From: Desulfobacterales bacterium | GTDB lineage: Bacteria > Desulfobacterota > Desulfobacteria > Desulfobacterales > UBA2245 | Length of the DNA: 64,000 bases | Direction of reading: 5' to 3' | Assembly: GCA_040771865.1 (NCBI GenBank) | Contig: JAXGZF010000005.1 | Span: forward strand, 124,001-188,000 | Shown: positions 9,948 through 21,973 of the stretch, piece after piece | Layout of the letters: every line of letters starts with the position of its first letter | How positions within the stretch are numbered: the first letter of the stretch is position 1 | Translations under genes and position numbers: made by a program | Notes under the pieces: model-generated | Seen by the model: the letters and a program-made list of their open reading frames with translations, nothing else | Told to the model about the DNA's origin: nothing | Databases searched by the model: none

Positions 9948-11387
9948 ATGCTGTTTAATTCTCTTGAATTTCCTTTTTTCTTTCTGACCGTTGTCGGCCT
10001 CTATTTTGCGATTCCGCACCGGTTTCGATGGATCATGCTGCTTGCGGCCAGCTACTATTTTTATATGTGCTGGAAAATCGAGTACATCGTGCTGATTATC
10101 GGTTCCACGCTGATCGACTATTTTGCGGGTCTGAAGATGTCCAGGGCTGCCGGAAAACAGGAAAAACGGAAATATCTGATGCTCAGCCTGGCATCCAACC
10201 TGGGCATTCTGTTCTGCTTCAAGTATTTCAACTTCGTCAGCGAATCCGTCGCAGCGGCGTTCAGCGCATGGAACATTTTTTACGAGGTCCCTCTGTTCGA
10301 CGTGCTCCTTCCGGTGGGAATTTCCTTTTATACCTTCCAGACGCTGAGCTACACCATCGATGTGTACAACGACCGCATTCCGGCTGAAAAACACCTGGGA
10401 ATATTTGCGCTGTATGTGGCGTTCTGGCCCCAGCTGGTGGCGGGACCTATCGAGCGGAGCCACCATCTCCTGCCTCAGTTCCGGCAGCGGCATGCGTTTG
10501 ATTACCTCCGGGTAACCGACGGTCTTCGGCTCATGCTCTGGGGAATGTTCAAGAAAGTGGTCATCGCCGACCAGCTCGCCGTCTATGTCAACCAGGTCTA
10601 CAATCACGTGGACGATTATCAGGGCCCTGCGCTCATGATCGCCACATTTTTCTTCGCCATTCAGATCTATTGCGATTTTTCAGGCTATTCGGACATGGCC
10701 GTGGGCTCTGCGCGGGTTATGGGCTATGACCTGATGGAGAATTTCAACCGGCCGTATTTTGCCAAATCCATACGCGAATTCTGGCAGCGGTGGCACATAT
10801 CCCTGTCCACCTGGTTCAGGGATTACCTGTACATTCCCCTGGGAGGAAACCGCGTTGTGAAGTGGCGCTGGTATTACAATCTGTTCATCACCTTTCTGGT
10901 GAGTGGGCTCTGGCACGGCGCCAACTGGACATTTGCGATCTGGGGCGCTTTGCACGGATTTTTTCTGATCGTTGAAATCGCAACTGGAAACTGCTGGCAA
11001 AAAGCGGCCAATTTTCTGTTTCCGGACGAGCAATCGTTCTGGAACAGGGCGTTCCGGGTATGCGTCACGATGATTCAGGTCTGTTTTGCCTGGATCTTCT
11101 TCCGGGCCAACACGGTCCAGGACGCGTTGACCGTGCTTCGAAAGATGTTTCTGTTCGAATCGGATATCTGGCTTCACGTGGTCGGAAAAGGATCATTATC
11201 ACTGAGCGCGGCACTGGTCCTGATTCTGCTGGCGGTCCACATGAAGGAGCGTAGAACGGCGATCAATGAGTATGTCGGACGCCTGTCTGCAGCGACGCGC
11301 TGGTCGGTGTATGCGGCCGCCTTCTGGGCCATCGTGATTTCAGGCGTTTTCGGCGTCCGGCAGGAGTTTATTTATTTTCAGTTTTAA
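9948..11387 (+). CDS. MBOAT family O-acyltransferase (AlgI/PatA-like)
   Basis: MLFNSLEF, LPVGISFYTFQTLSY, PQLVAGPIER, QIYCDFSGYSDMA, FWQRWHISLSTWFRDYLYIPLGG, SGLWHGANWTF and a C-terminal FIYFQF. Confidence 0.93.
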   Translation: MLFNSLEFPFFFLTVVGLYFAIPHRFRWIMLLAASYYFYMCWKIEYIVLIIGSTLIDYFAGLKMSRAAGKQEKRKYLMLSLASNLGILFCFKYFNFVSESVAAAFSAWNIFYEVPLFDVLLPVGISFYTFQTLSYTIDVYNDRIPAEKHLGIFALYVAFWPQLVAGPIERSHHLLPQFRQRHAFDYLRVTDGLRLMLWGMFKKVVIADQLAVYVNQVYNHVDDYQGPALMIATFFFAIQIYCDFSGYSDMAVGSARVMGYDLMENFNRPYFAKSIREFWQRWHISLSTWFRDYLYIPLGGNRVVKWRWYYNLFITFLVSGLWHGANWTFAIWGALHGFFLIVEIATGNCWQKAANFLFPDEQSFWNRAFRVCVTMIQVCFAWIFFRANTVQDALTVLRKMFLFESDIWLHVVGKGSLSLSAALVLILLAVHMKERRTAINEYVGRLSAATRWSVYAAAFWAIVISGVFGVRQEFIYFQF

Positions 11388-11389
11388 AC

Positions 11390-12391
11390 ATGCAGACGAG
11401 AAAATTTATCATAAAGCTGCTGGCATTCGGTCTTCTCAACCTCGGAATCATGGTGATTCTGCTGGCGGGTTTTTCCGGCCGGAACCGGGATATTCATCTG
11501 AACAACTGGGATACCGAGTCGAACCTGTTGATGATGGGCCGAAATACACATTACGATGTGGCGATTCTCGGCACATCGAGAGGCCGCGTGTTCTCCCGGG
11601 ATTCCAATCACCGGATGCTGGAAGAAATCCTGGGAAGAAAGGTCATCAATCTGTCTAAGGGCGGCGGCGGCGGACTGATGCCCGCCGAGTTGCATCTTTC
11701 GTATTTTTTCGATCAGGGAAACACCGTGGACCATGTGGTCTATCTGGTGGATCCGGATGTGTTTTTCTGCTCCATCAACAACGAGAACAACAATTTTTTC
11801 CTGTGCGACGAGCCGTTCGAGCTTTCCATGCTCTGGAAGCTCATCGTCCGCCGGTATCCTGCTGACCGCATATTTTCATACCTCCAGATGATCGCCAGAG
11901 ACGACTGGGAAAACTTCACCCGCTACAGCGCTCCGGGGTTGACCGAAGGTACGCTTGAAGCGATTGATCCGGAAAAGCTGGAAGAGGCCAGGGCCCATTA
12001 CCTCAGCCAGTATACGGATGAAAATTTTAAAAAATACAGCCGGATCGTGGACGCCATCAATGCTCTGGTCAAAAAGAACAACAGCCGGATTACCTATGTC
12101 ATGCTGCCGTTGCTGATCGATGATTTTCCGGGCGTCGAGCAGGTGGACCGGAAATTAATCGATGTCGCCCGCGAGGAGCGCGTGAATTACTGCAACCTCG
12201 TGGAGTCGATGCAGGACCGGAAATACTATTACGACCACATGCATTTCAACAAAGCCGGGATCGCCTATTTCGCCGGCGCCTACCTGGATCCGATCCTTCA
12301 GGGAAAAATCGTGAAATCCGACAACCGGACCGGCAACAGCATCGATCTGGTCACTTCACGGGCAAAGGCAGAGTCGCCGCAGCCGAATTAA
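11390..12391 (+). CDS. SGNH-fold periplasmic acyltransferase partner (AlgJ/PatB/DltD-like)
   Basis: Starts 2 nt after the MBOAT stop; N-terminal TM; block I AILGTSR, Gly-rich block II NLSKGGGG, block V DHMH (DxxH). Confidence 0.7.
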   Translation: MQTRKFIIKLLAFGLLNLGIMVILLAGFSGRNRDIHLNNWDTESNLLMMGRNTHYDVAILGTSRGRVFSRDSNHRMLEEILGRKVINLSKGGGGGLMPAELHLSYFFDQGNTVDHVVYLVDPDVFFCSINNENNNFFLCDEPFELSMLWKLIVRRYPADRIFSYLQMIARDDWENFTRYSAPGLTEGTLEAIDPEKLEEARAHYLSQYTDENFKKYSRIVDAINALVKKNNSRITYVMLPLLIDDFPGVEQVDRKLIDVAREERVNYCNLVESMQDRKYYYDHMHFNKAGIAYFAGAYLDPILQGKIVKSDNRTGNSIDLVTSRAKAESPQPN

Positions 12392-12484
12392 CCCTACCCG
12401 GGTAAAGTAAATTTCGGGAAAATCCGATATAAAATAGAAGCGGACAAAAAGTACAACCCGTCCGTGGATAAAAAATCTGAAATA

Positions 12485-12502
12485 ATTGGACCAAGGTACA
12501 AT
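12485..12502. promoter_or_regulatory. Candidate palindromic operator upstream of the adhesin gene
   Basis: ATTGGACC-AA-GGTACAAT is an inverted repeat matching at 7 of 8 positions with a 2-nt spacer, about 100 bp before the adhesin ATG, in an AT-rich intergenic region. Confidence 0.45.
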
Positions 12503-12602
12503 AGCCTTTGGTGGAAAAGTATATAAAATAGGGTTGTACGAACTGGAAATTTAATCAAACCGACATATCAAAACATTAATATAAGGATAAGGAGGCGCTG
12601 TT

Positions 12603-15600
12603 ATGGCAACATCAGGAAATCAGCTCATAATAGGCAAAGTGGTCATTCTTTACGGAACGGTCAAGGCCGTTGCACCGGATGGAACGGTTCGCGTGCTCGG
12701 TCCCAACAGTTTGATTTACGCTGGTGAACGGATCATCACGGAGAGCGACGGCAACGTATCGATCGTACTGGAGGGTCCTGCTGCGGGTCAGATTGATCTT
12801 GGGCGGATGAGCGATGTTCTTCTGACGGAGGATGTGTACGCCGGGGCCGAGCCGGACGAGGTGACGGATGTGGTTGCCCAGGCCGAGCAGATTGAGGAGG
12901 CCGTCGCGGGTGAGGAGGATATCGAACTGGAGGCCGCTGCCGCCGGTGGCGCCGCGGGTACGGGAACCCACGAGATCGCCAGTTTCGACCTAGTCGGCGA
13001 AGAGGTCACTCCCGGCAGCGGCGCGGAAACCACGGGATTTACCTATGGAACGGTGGATACCCTTGAGGGCGTCACCACTGATGAATTGAACGGCATTGTC
13101 GCTTTGAGGGCAACGGAGTCCATCAATGAGGACGGCACCCAGGCCATCACTTACACGGCAACGGTCGATAATGCTCCGGAAGGAAGCGATCTGGTCCTGA
13201 TACTGTCGCTGAGCAATGGAGATTCGGTTGCAATTACAATTCCGGCGGGCGAGACCACCGGCAGTGCGGATTATTCCTACAGCAATCCAGATCCGTATGT
13301 CGATCCGGAAATTATCACCGCCTCGATTGAAAATGCAACGGGCGGCGGCTACGACAATCTGGATGCTTCCGCCACAGCCACCACCGAGATTTCCGATACG
13401 ATCGACACGACGACGGTCAGCCTTTCCGCTGCGGATGCAAATGAGGATGCCGCGGGGGTGACCTTTACGGCGACGTTGAGCAATCCGGGCGAAACGGACG
13501 TCACGATCGTTCACCAACCTGGGCGACATTGTGATTCCGGCGGGCGAGACGACGGGCATACTGTTTGTCGATACGGCGGACCCGGATGTTTATATGGATC
13601 CGAGCAGCATCACGGCGACGGTGAGCGGCGTTGCCGGCGGCAACTTCGAGGCGGTGGACTTTTCCGAGGCAACCGCCACGGCCCAGATTTCCGATACGAT
13701 CGACACGACGACGGTCAGTCTTTCCGCTCGCGGATGCAAATGAGGATGCTGCGGGGGTGACCTTTACGGCGACGTTGAGCAATCCGGGCGAAACGGATGT
13801 GACGATTGTCACCAACCTGGGCGACATCGTGATTCCGGCGGGCGAGACGACGGGCACGCTGTTTGTCTCTACGGCGGACCCGGATGTTTATATGGATCCG
13901 AGCAGCATCACGGCGACGGTGAGCGACGTTACCGGCGGTAATTTCGAAGCGGTGGACTTTTCCGAGGCAACCGCCACGGCCCAGATTTCCGATACGATCG
14001 ACACGACGACGGTCAGTCTTTCCGTCGCGGATGCAAATGAGGATGCCGCGGGGGTGACCTTTACGGCGACGTTGAGCAATCCGGGCGAAACGGATGTGAC
14101 GATTGTCACCAACCTGGGCGACATTGTGATTCCGGCGGGCGAGACGACGGGCATACTGTTTGTCGATACGGCGGACCCGGATGTTTATATGGATCCGAGC
14201 AGCATCACGGCGACGGTGAGCGGCGTTGCCGGCGGCAACTTCGAGGCGGTGGACTTTTCCGAGGCAACCGCCACGGCCCAGATTTCCGATACGATCGACA
14301 CGACGACGGTCAGTCTTTCCGCTGCGGATGCAAATGAGGATGCCGCGGGGGACCTTTACGGCGACGTTGGCAATCCGGGCGAAACGGACGTCGATCGTTA
14401 CCAACCTGGGCGACAGTGATTCCGGCGGGCGAGACGACGGGCACGCTGTTTGTCTCTGGCGGACCCGGATGTTTATATGGATCCGAGCAGCATCACGGCG
14501 ACGGTGAGCGACGTTACCGGCGGTAATTTCGAAACGGTGGACTTTTCCGAGGCAACCGCACTTGTTCCGACACGATCGACACGACGACGGTCAGTCTTTC
14601 CGTCTGCGGATGCAAATGAGGATGCTGCGGGGGTGACCTTTACGGCGACGTTGAGCAATCCGGGCGAAACGGATGTGACGATTGTCACCAACCTGGGCGA
14701 CATCGTGATTCCGGCGGGCGAGACGACGGGCACGCTGTTTGTCTCTACGGCGGACCCGGATGTTTATATGGATCCGAGCAGCATCACGGCGACGGTGAGC
14801 GGCGTTGCCGGCGGCAACTTCGAGGCGGTGGACTTTTCCGAGGCAACCGCCACGGCCCAGATTTCCGATACGATCGACACGACCACAATGAGCCTGTCGG
14901 GACCGGAATATGTCACTGAAGGCGCATCGGCAACTTACACCGTTTCGGTGGATAACGCGCCTCAAACAGACATGACAGTAGATGTTACATACAGCTATAT
15001 TAGTGCAGAAACCAATGACATTGTCACTCATACGACCCAGGTCACCCTTGAGGCCGGCCAAACATCTGCGCAGTTCGCAGTTGATGCCGTAAACGATCTG
15101 ATATTCGAAGAAACCGAAACGTTTGAGGTATCTATCAGCGATCCACAGGGCGGCAACTTTGAAAATTTGGTGCTTGGGAATGCCAGTGTTGAGACAAATA
15201 TCGTAGATAGCGACGCGCCGCCTTTTTTTACAGTTAACGACGTGACGGTTCATGAAGGAGACGGTACGATCACCTTCACGGTGACCAAGGCTGGAGCGAC
15301 GGCTTTGGCGTCTTCAGTGGATTACACGGTCAATCCGAACACGGCGGTGACGCCGGGGGATTACACGGCGGGGACGAGCGCGCTGACGGGGACTCTGAAC
15401 TTTGCGGCCGGAGTGACGACGCAGACGATCACGCTGAACGTCACCGACGACGCGGTATACGAGCTGACGGAGAACTTCAACGTCAATCTGAGCAACGCGG
15501 TTAACGCGACGATCTCCGATGCGCAGGGCATCGGCACGATTCTGGACGACGACGCGAAGCCTGCTTTCTCGATCAACGACGTGACGGTTCATGAAGGAGA

Positions 15601-18600
15601 CGGTACGATCACCTTCACGGTGACCAAGGCTGGAGCGACGGCTTTGGCGTCTTCAGTGGATTACACGGTCAATCCGAACACGGCAGTGACGCCGGGGATT
15701 ACGCGGGGACGAGCGGCTGACGGGACTCTGAACTTTGCGGCCGGAGTGACAACGCAGACGATCACGCTGAACGTCACCGAACGACGCGGTATACGAGCTG
15801 ACGGAGAACTTCAACGTCAATCTGAGCAACGCGGTTAACGCGACGATCTCCGATGCGCAGGGCATCGGCACGATTCTGGACGACGACGCGAAGCCTGCTT
15901 TCTCGATCAACGACGTGACGGTTCATGAAGGAGACGGTACGATCACCTTCACGGTGACCAAGGCTGGAGCGACGGCTTTGGCGTCTTCAGTGGATTACAC
16001 GGTCCAATCCGAACACGGCAGTAACGCCGGGGATTACACGGCGGGGACGAGCGCGCTGACGGGGACTCTGAACTTTGCGGCCGGAGTGACAACGCAGACG
16101 ATCACGCTGAACGTCACCGACGACGCGGTATACGAGCTGACGGAGAACTTCAACGTCAATCTGAGCAACGCGGTTAACGCGACGATCTCCGATGCGCAGG
16201 GCATCGGCACGATTCTGGACGACGACGCGAAGCCTGCTTTCTCGATCAACGACGTGACGGTTCATGAAGGAGACGGTACGATCACCTTCACGGTGACCAA
16301 GGCTGGAGCGACGGCTTTGGCGTCTTCAGTGGATTACACGGTCAATCCGAACACGGCAGTGACGCCGGGGGATTACACGGCGGGGACGAGCGGGCTGACG
16401 GGGACTCTGAACTTTGCGGCCGGAGTGACAACGCAGACGATCACGCTGAACGTCACGGACGACGCGGTATACGAGCTGACGGAGAACTTCAACGTCAATC
16501 TGAGCAACGCGGTTAACGCGACGATCTCCGATGCGCAGGGCATCGGCACGATTCTGGACGACGACGCGAAGCCTGCTTTCTCGATCAACGACGTGACGGT
16601 TCATGAAGGAGACGGTACGATCACCTTCACGGTGACCAAGGCTGGAGCGACGGCTTTGGCGTCTTCAGTGGATTACACGGTCAATCCGAACACGGCAGTG
16701 ACGCCGGGGGATTACGGCGGGGACGAGCGCGCTGACGGGGACTCTGAACTTTGCGGCCGGAGTGACAACGCAGACGATCACGCTGAACGTCACGGACGAC
16801 GCGGTATACGAGCTGACGGAGAACTTCAACGTCAATCTGAGCAACGCGGTTAACGCGACGATCTCCGATGCGCAGGGCATCGGCACGATTCTGGACGACG
16901 ACGGACAGCCGTCGTTTTCGATCAACGACGTGACGGTTCATGAAGGAGACGGTACGATCACCTTCACGGTGACCAAGGCTGGAGCGACGGCTTTGGCGTC
17001 TTCAGTGGATTACACGGTCAATCCGAACACGGCAGTGACGCCGGGGGATTACACGGCGGGGACGAGCGCGCTGACGGGGACTCTGAACTTTGCGGCCGGA
17101 GTGACAACGCAGACGATCACGCTGAACGTCACCGACGACGCGGTATACGAGCTGACGGAGAACTTCAACGTCAATCTGAGCAACGCGGTTAACGCGACGA
17201 TCTCCGATGCGCAGGGCATCGGCACGATTCTGGACGACGACGCGAAGCCTGCTTTCTCGATCAACGACGTGACGGTTCATGAAGGAGACGGTACGATCAC
17301 CTTCACGGTGACCAAGGCTGGAGCGACGGCTTTGGCGTCTTCAGTGGATTACACGGTCAATCCGAACACGGCGGTAACGCCGGGGGATTACACGGCGGGG
17401 ACGAGCGCGCTGACGGGGACTCTGAACTTTGCGGCCAGGTGACAACGCAGACGATCACGCTGAACGTCACCGACGACGCGATGTATACGAGCTGACGGAG
17501 AACTTCAACGTCAATCTGAGCAACGCGGTTAACGCGACGATCTCCGATGCGCAGGGCATCGGCACGATTCTGGACGACGACGGACAGCCGTCGTTTTCGA
17601 TCAACGACGTGACGGTTCATGAAGGAGACGGTACGATCACCTTCACGGTGACCAAGGCTGGAGCGACGGCTTTGGCGTCTTCAGTGGATTACACGGTCAA
17701 TCCGAACACGGCGGTAACGCCGGGGGATTACACGGCGGGGACGAGCGGGCTGACGGGGACTCTGAACTTTGCGGCCGGAGTGACAACGCAGACGATCACG
17801 CTGAACGTCACCGACGACGCGGTATACGAGCTGACGGAGAACTTCAACGTCAATCTGAGCAACGCGGTTAACGCGACGATCTCCGATGCGCAGGGCATCG
17901 GCACGATTCTGGACGACGACGCGAAGCCTGCTTTCTCGATCAACGACGTGACGGTTCATGAAGGAGACGGTACGATCACCTTCACGGTGACCAAGGCTGG
18001 AGCGACGGCTTTGGCGTCTTCAGTGGATTACACGGTCAATCCGAACACGGCGGTAACGCCGGGGGATTACACGGCGGGGACGAGCGCGCTGACGGGGACT
18101 CTGAACTTTGCGGCCGGAGTGACAACGCAGACGATCACGCTGAACGTCACCGACGACGCGGTATACGAGCTGACGGAGAACTTCAACGTCAATCTGAGCA
18201 ACGCGGTTAACGCGACGATCTCCGATGCGCAGGGCATCGGCACGATTCTGGACGACGACGGACAGCCGTCGTTTTCGATCAACGACGTGACGGTTCATGA
18301 AGGAGACGGTACGATCACCTTCACGGTGACCAAGGCTGGAGCGACGGCTTTGGCGTCTTCAGTGGATTACACGGTCAATCCGAACACGGCGGTAACGCCG
18401 GGGATTAACGGCGGAGAGAGCGCGCTGACGGGGACTCTGAACTGCGGCCGGGTGACAACGCAGACGATCACGCTGAACGTCACCGACGACGCGGTATACG
18501 AGCTGACGGAGAACTTCAACGTCAATCTGAGCAACGCGGTTAACGCGACGATCTCCGATGCGCAGGGCATCGGCACGATTCTGGACGACGACGGACAGCC

Positions 18601-21600
18601 GTCGTTTTCGATCAACGACGTGACGGTTCATGAAGGAGACGGTACGATCACCTTCACGGTGACCAAGGCTGGAGCGACGGCTTTGGCGTCTTCAGTGGAT
18701 TACACGGTCAATCCGAACACGGCGGTAACGCCGGGGGATTACACGGCGGGGACGAGCGCGCTGACGGGGACTCTGAACTTTGCGGCCGGAGTGACAACGC
18801 AGACGATCACGCTGAACGTCACCGACGACGCGGTATACGAGCTGACGGAGAACTTCAACGTCAATCTGAGCAACGCGGTTAACGCGACGATCTCCGATGC
18901 ACAGGGCATCGGCACGATTCTGGACGACGACAGTCTGCCGATCGCCACACCGGACAACGATGTGACGGTCTATGAAAAGGCCCTTGATTTGGACCAAGAT
19001 GGCGCTGACCTGGCTGCAGGTACGGTGAAAGGCACCGATCCGGGCAGCACGGGCGAGACCGACGCCAGCAATACCTTGGTGGGGTCGGTGAGCGGCGGTG
19101 CAGGCGGCTACACCTATAGTCTGGTCGGAAGCCCCAATGGAACCTATGGCGTGATCCAGATTAACTCTGATGGTACTTATATCTATACCTTGACCAAGCC
19201 GGTAACAACAACTCCGGCGGCAAATGATGGGGTGACTACCGCAGTAAAGGAAAGTTTCACGTATCAGGTGACGGATTCCGCAGGCCAGACAGCGACAAGC
19301 ACCATTTCGGTGAATATTGTCGACGACGTGCCCACGGCGGGCTCCCACATCGCGACCGTTGAGGAAGGCTCCAGCATCGGGACCAATGTGATGATCATCC
19401 TTGATCTCTCGGGAAGCATGGATTATTCCCCTGGCGTCACCGGTTACGCGACCCGTCTTGCCGTTGCCAAGGAGTCGATTGAGAACCTGATCAGTGAATA
19501 CGATGACAGGGGCGATGTGATGGTACGGATCGTAACCTTCAGCAGCAGTGCCAGCGCTCAAGGTACCGAGTGGATGACGGCAACGAACGCCCTGAGTTAT
19601 ATTAACGCTCTTTCCGATTATGCCGGCAATGGCTCCACCAACTACGACGCCGCCCTGCTGAAAGCGATGGATGCCTTTGACGACTCCGGCGCGATCGCAG
19701 ACGGTCAGAACGTCTGCTACTTCCTCTCCGACGGGGACCCAACTGCCCCATCGGGAAGCATCGGCATCAATGCGGCGGAAGAGACGGCGTGGGAGAACTT
19801 CCTTAGCGCAAACGACATCACATCCTACGCCTTGGGCATGGGTACGGGCGTGACGGCTGCCAATCTCAATCCGATCGCCTACAACGGCACTACCTCTGCG
19901 GAGATGGATGCCATCGTCGTCACGGATTTGAGCCAGCTCAATGCCGTCCTGTTGGGAACCGTTATCGACCCAGGCAATGTCGCGGGCAATCTTATTACAG
20001 ATTCGGATGCCGCATCTTTCGGGGCCGACGGGGCAGGTGATTTGGCGATCGTCTCCATCGCCCACGACGCGGACGGCAATCCCGGCACCCCCGATACGGT
20101 GTATACTACGTCCTCCGGCGAGTACAACCCCGCCACGATGACCCTCACCATCACGACCCATGAGGGCGGCACCCTCGAAGTGAATTTCTCGACCGGGGCT
20201 TATAACTACACCGCCCCGACGGAACTGACGGCGGAAACGGACGAGGTTTTCACCTACACCATCCAGGATGGCGACGGCGATACGGCGAGCAATACCCTGA
20301 CGATTCACGTGGATTACGACATCCCGCCTCGTCTGATCGTCGGTTCGGCGGATGACGACACCGGCACGTCAGGCCCTTCGTATACTTATGGGACTGGCTC
20401 CGGCACCATTGAGGGAGACGGCGGCGACGACATCCTGATCGGTGATCCGGGCGGGACCACGACGTTGAGCGAAGGCGATACCGCCAACATCGCCTTCGTC
20501 CTCGATACTTCGGGGAGCATGGGCACAAACATATCTTTTGGCGGCGGATCAATCTCGCGCTTGGCGGCGATGAAGCAAGCGGTCATCGACTCCTTGAACG
20601 ATCTGTATAATTCCGGGGCGGAGAATATCCGTATTCATATCGTTCAGTTCAATAACAATGGAAGCACCGTCGGCACCTACGACCTGACAAGCGGCGGTGT
20701 GGACGATCCAATGGCGCTTGCCAGTGCCATTTCCGCTGTCAACGGTCTCACCTCCGGCAATGGAACCAACTACGAAGGCGGCCTGCAAGAGGTGATCGAC
20801 TGGATTACTCCGGGAGGCAGTGATCCACTTGCCTCGGCCGACGTCAACAAGGTTGTGTTCATCTCCGACGGCGAGCCGAACCGCGCACTCAACAATTCTG
20901 GAGGAGTTGTTTCAGGCTTGAGCGCTGCCGTGGCTATGCAGCACGTCCTCGGCACGTACGACACCTGGCCCAACGGCAACGATGACTCTGTCAGCGAGGT
21001 CGCAACGATCGAAGGCTCCGGCTTCACCATCGAAGCCATCGGCATCAACGTCGGCGACACGGCACTGGGCTATCTCAGCCAGGTCGAGGGGTCGGGCGGA
21101 TCTGCCACCAACATCACGACGGCTGAAGAGCTGAGTGCCGTCGTGGGCGAGCTCTCCGGCGGCCAGTCGACCCAGCCCGCCGCGGCCGGCGACGATACCA
21201 TTATCGGCGGCGACGGCGACGACATCATCTTCGGCGACGCGCCGAACACCGATGCGCTTGCGGATGATCCTAATGGTGATGGCGCTACTGGCGATGATCT
21301 TGGAACGCCGGACGGCGCCGGCTGGCAGGTGTTCGACGACCTCGGATGGAGCGAATCCGCTATGGTCGACTACATCAATGACAACCACGAGGCGCTTTCT
21401 GCCGAGAGCGGACGCACCGGCGGAAACGACACTATTTCCGGCGGCGCCGGCGACGACATCATCTACGGCCAGGAGGGCAACGACATCATAGACGGCGGTT
21501 CCGGCAACGACATTCTGGTGGGCGGTTCGGGCGATGACATTCTGACGGGCGGTTCGGGCGCCGATACATTCAATGTCGGCGACGGGCACGACCACATCAC

Positions 21601-21856
21601 GGACTACAACAAGCTTGTCGACGGTGACAAGGTGGATATCAGCCACATACTTGATGTCGAAACTCAAGATAATCAACTCGCTGTCGTCGATAATGGAGGC
21701 AAGGCCAAGCTGGTGATCTACGATGATGCGGCGCATACAAACGAAATCGGGAGCGTCACTTTTGATACCATCGACTTCGGTGACGGCACTGGACAGGCAA
21801 ATGACGTTGATATGCTCAAAAACCTGGTGGATTTCGATGACGGAACTAACCCATAA
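12603..21856 (+). CDS. Giant T1SS-secreted RTX adhesin (LapA/BpfA-like, ~3080 aa if the frameshifts are corrected)
   Basis: SD TAAGGAGG; retention module (IIGKVVILYGTVKAVAPDGTVRVL...LEAAAAG); Ig-like and Calx-beta repeats; two vWA domains (DLSGS, DTSGS); GGxGxDxLx RTX repeats; C-terminal T1SS signal. Split into several ORFs by indels that all lie inside the tandem repeats. Confidence 0.9.
13395..14866 (+). repeat. Five tandem ~297-bp (99-aa) Ig-like adhesin repeats
   Basis: Units begin at 13395, 13693, 13991, 14288 and 14569 (DTIDTTTVSLS...EATATAQIS), with more diverged units before and after. Confidence 0.92.
15236..18950 (+). repeat. Eleven tandem ~339-bp (113-aa) Calx-beta repeats
   Basis: Units begin at 15236, 15575, 15909, 16248, 16587, 16924, 17263, 17603, 17942, 18281 and 18614 (NDVTVHEGDGTITFTVT...GIGTILDDD) and are nearly identical at DNA level. 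Confidence 0.93.
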
Positions 21857-21910
21857 CTAATCAAACCGAGGGGGACGGGCTCGAAAATGTCCTCCCATTT
21901 TCAAACGAAA

Positions 21911-21949
21911 ACTGCCGCGGAGGGTTGATCAAAATCCCTTCGCGGCAGT
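21911..21949. terminator. Hairpin terminator between the convergent adhesin and LuxR genes
   Basis: ACTGCCGCGGAGGG-loop-CCCTTCGCGGCAGT; a T-run follows on the minus strand. Confidence 0.7.
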
Positions 21950-21973
21950 CCTTGTTATAGCAGTAATTTTTTT

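Noticed and set aside
13395..18950. Tandem repeats as a CRISPR array or mobile element
   Set aside because: Units are 297 or 339 bp, encode protein domains in frame and have no unique spacers; no cas or transposase genes are present.
15314..20308. Recurrent minus-strand ORFs (MNRHVVDR..., MIEKAGF..., and the 538-aa ORF)
   Set aside because: They are antisense to the adhesin and recur only because the repeat recurs.
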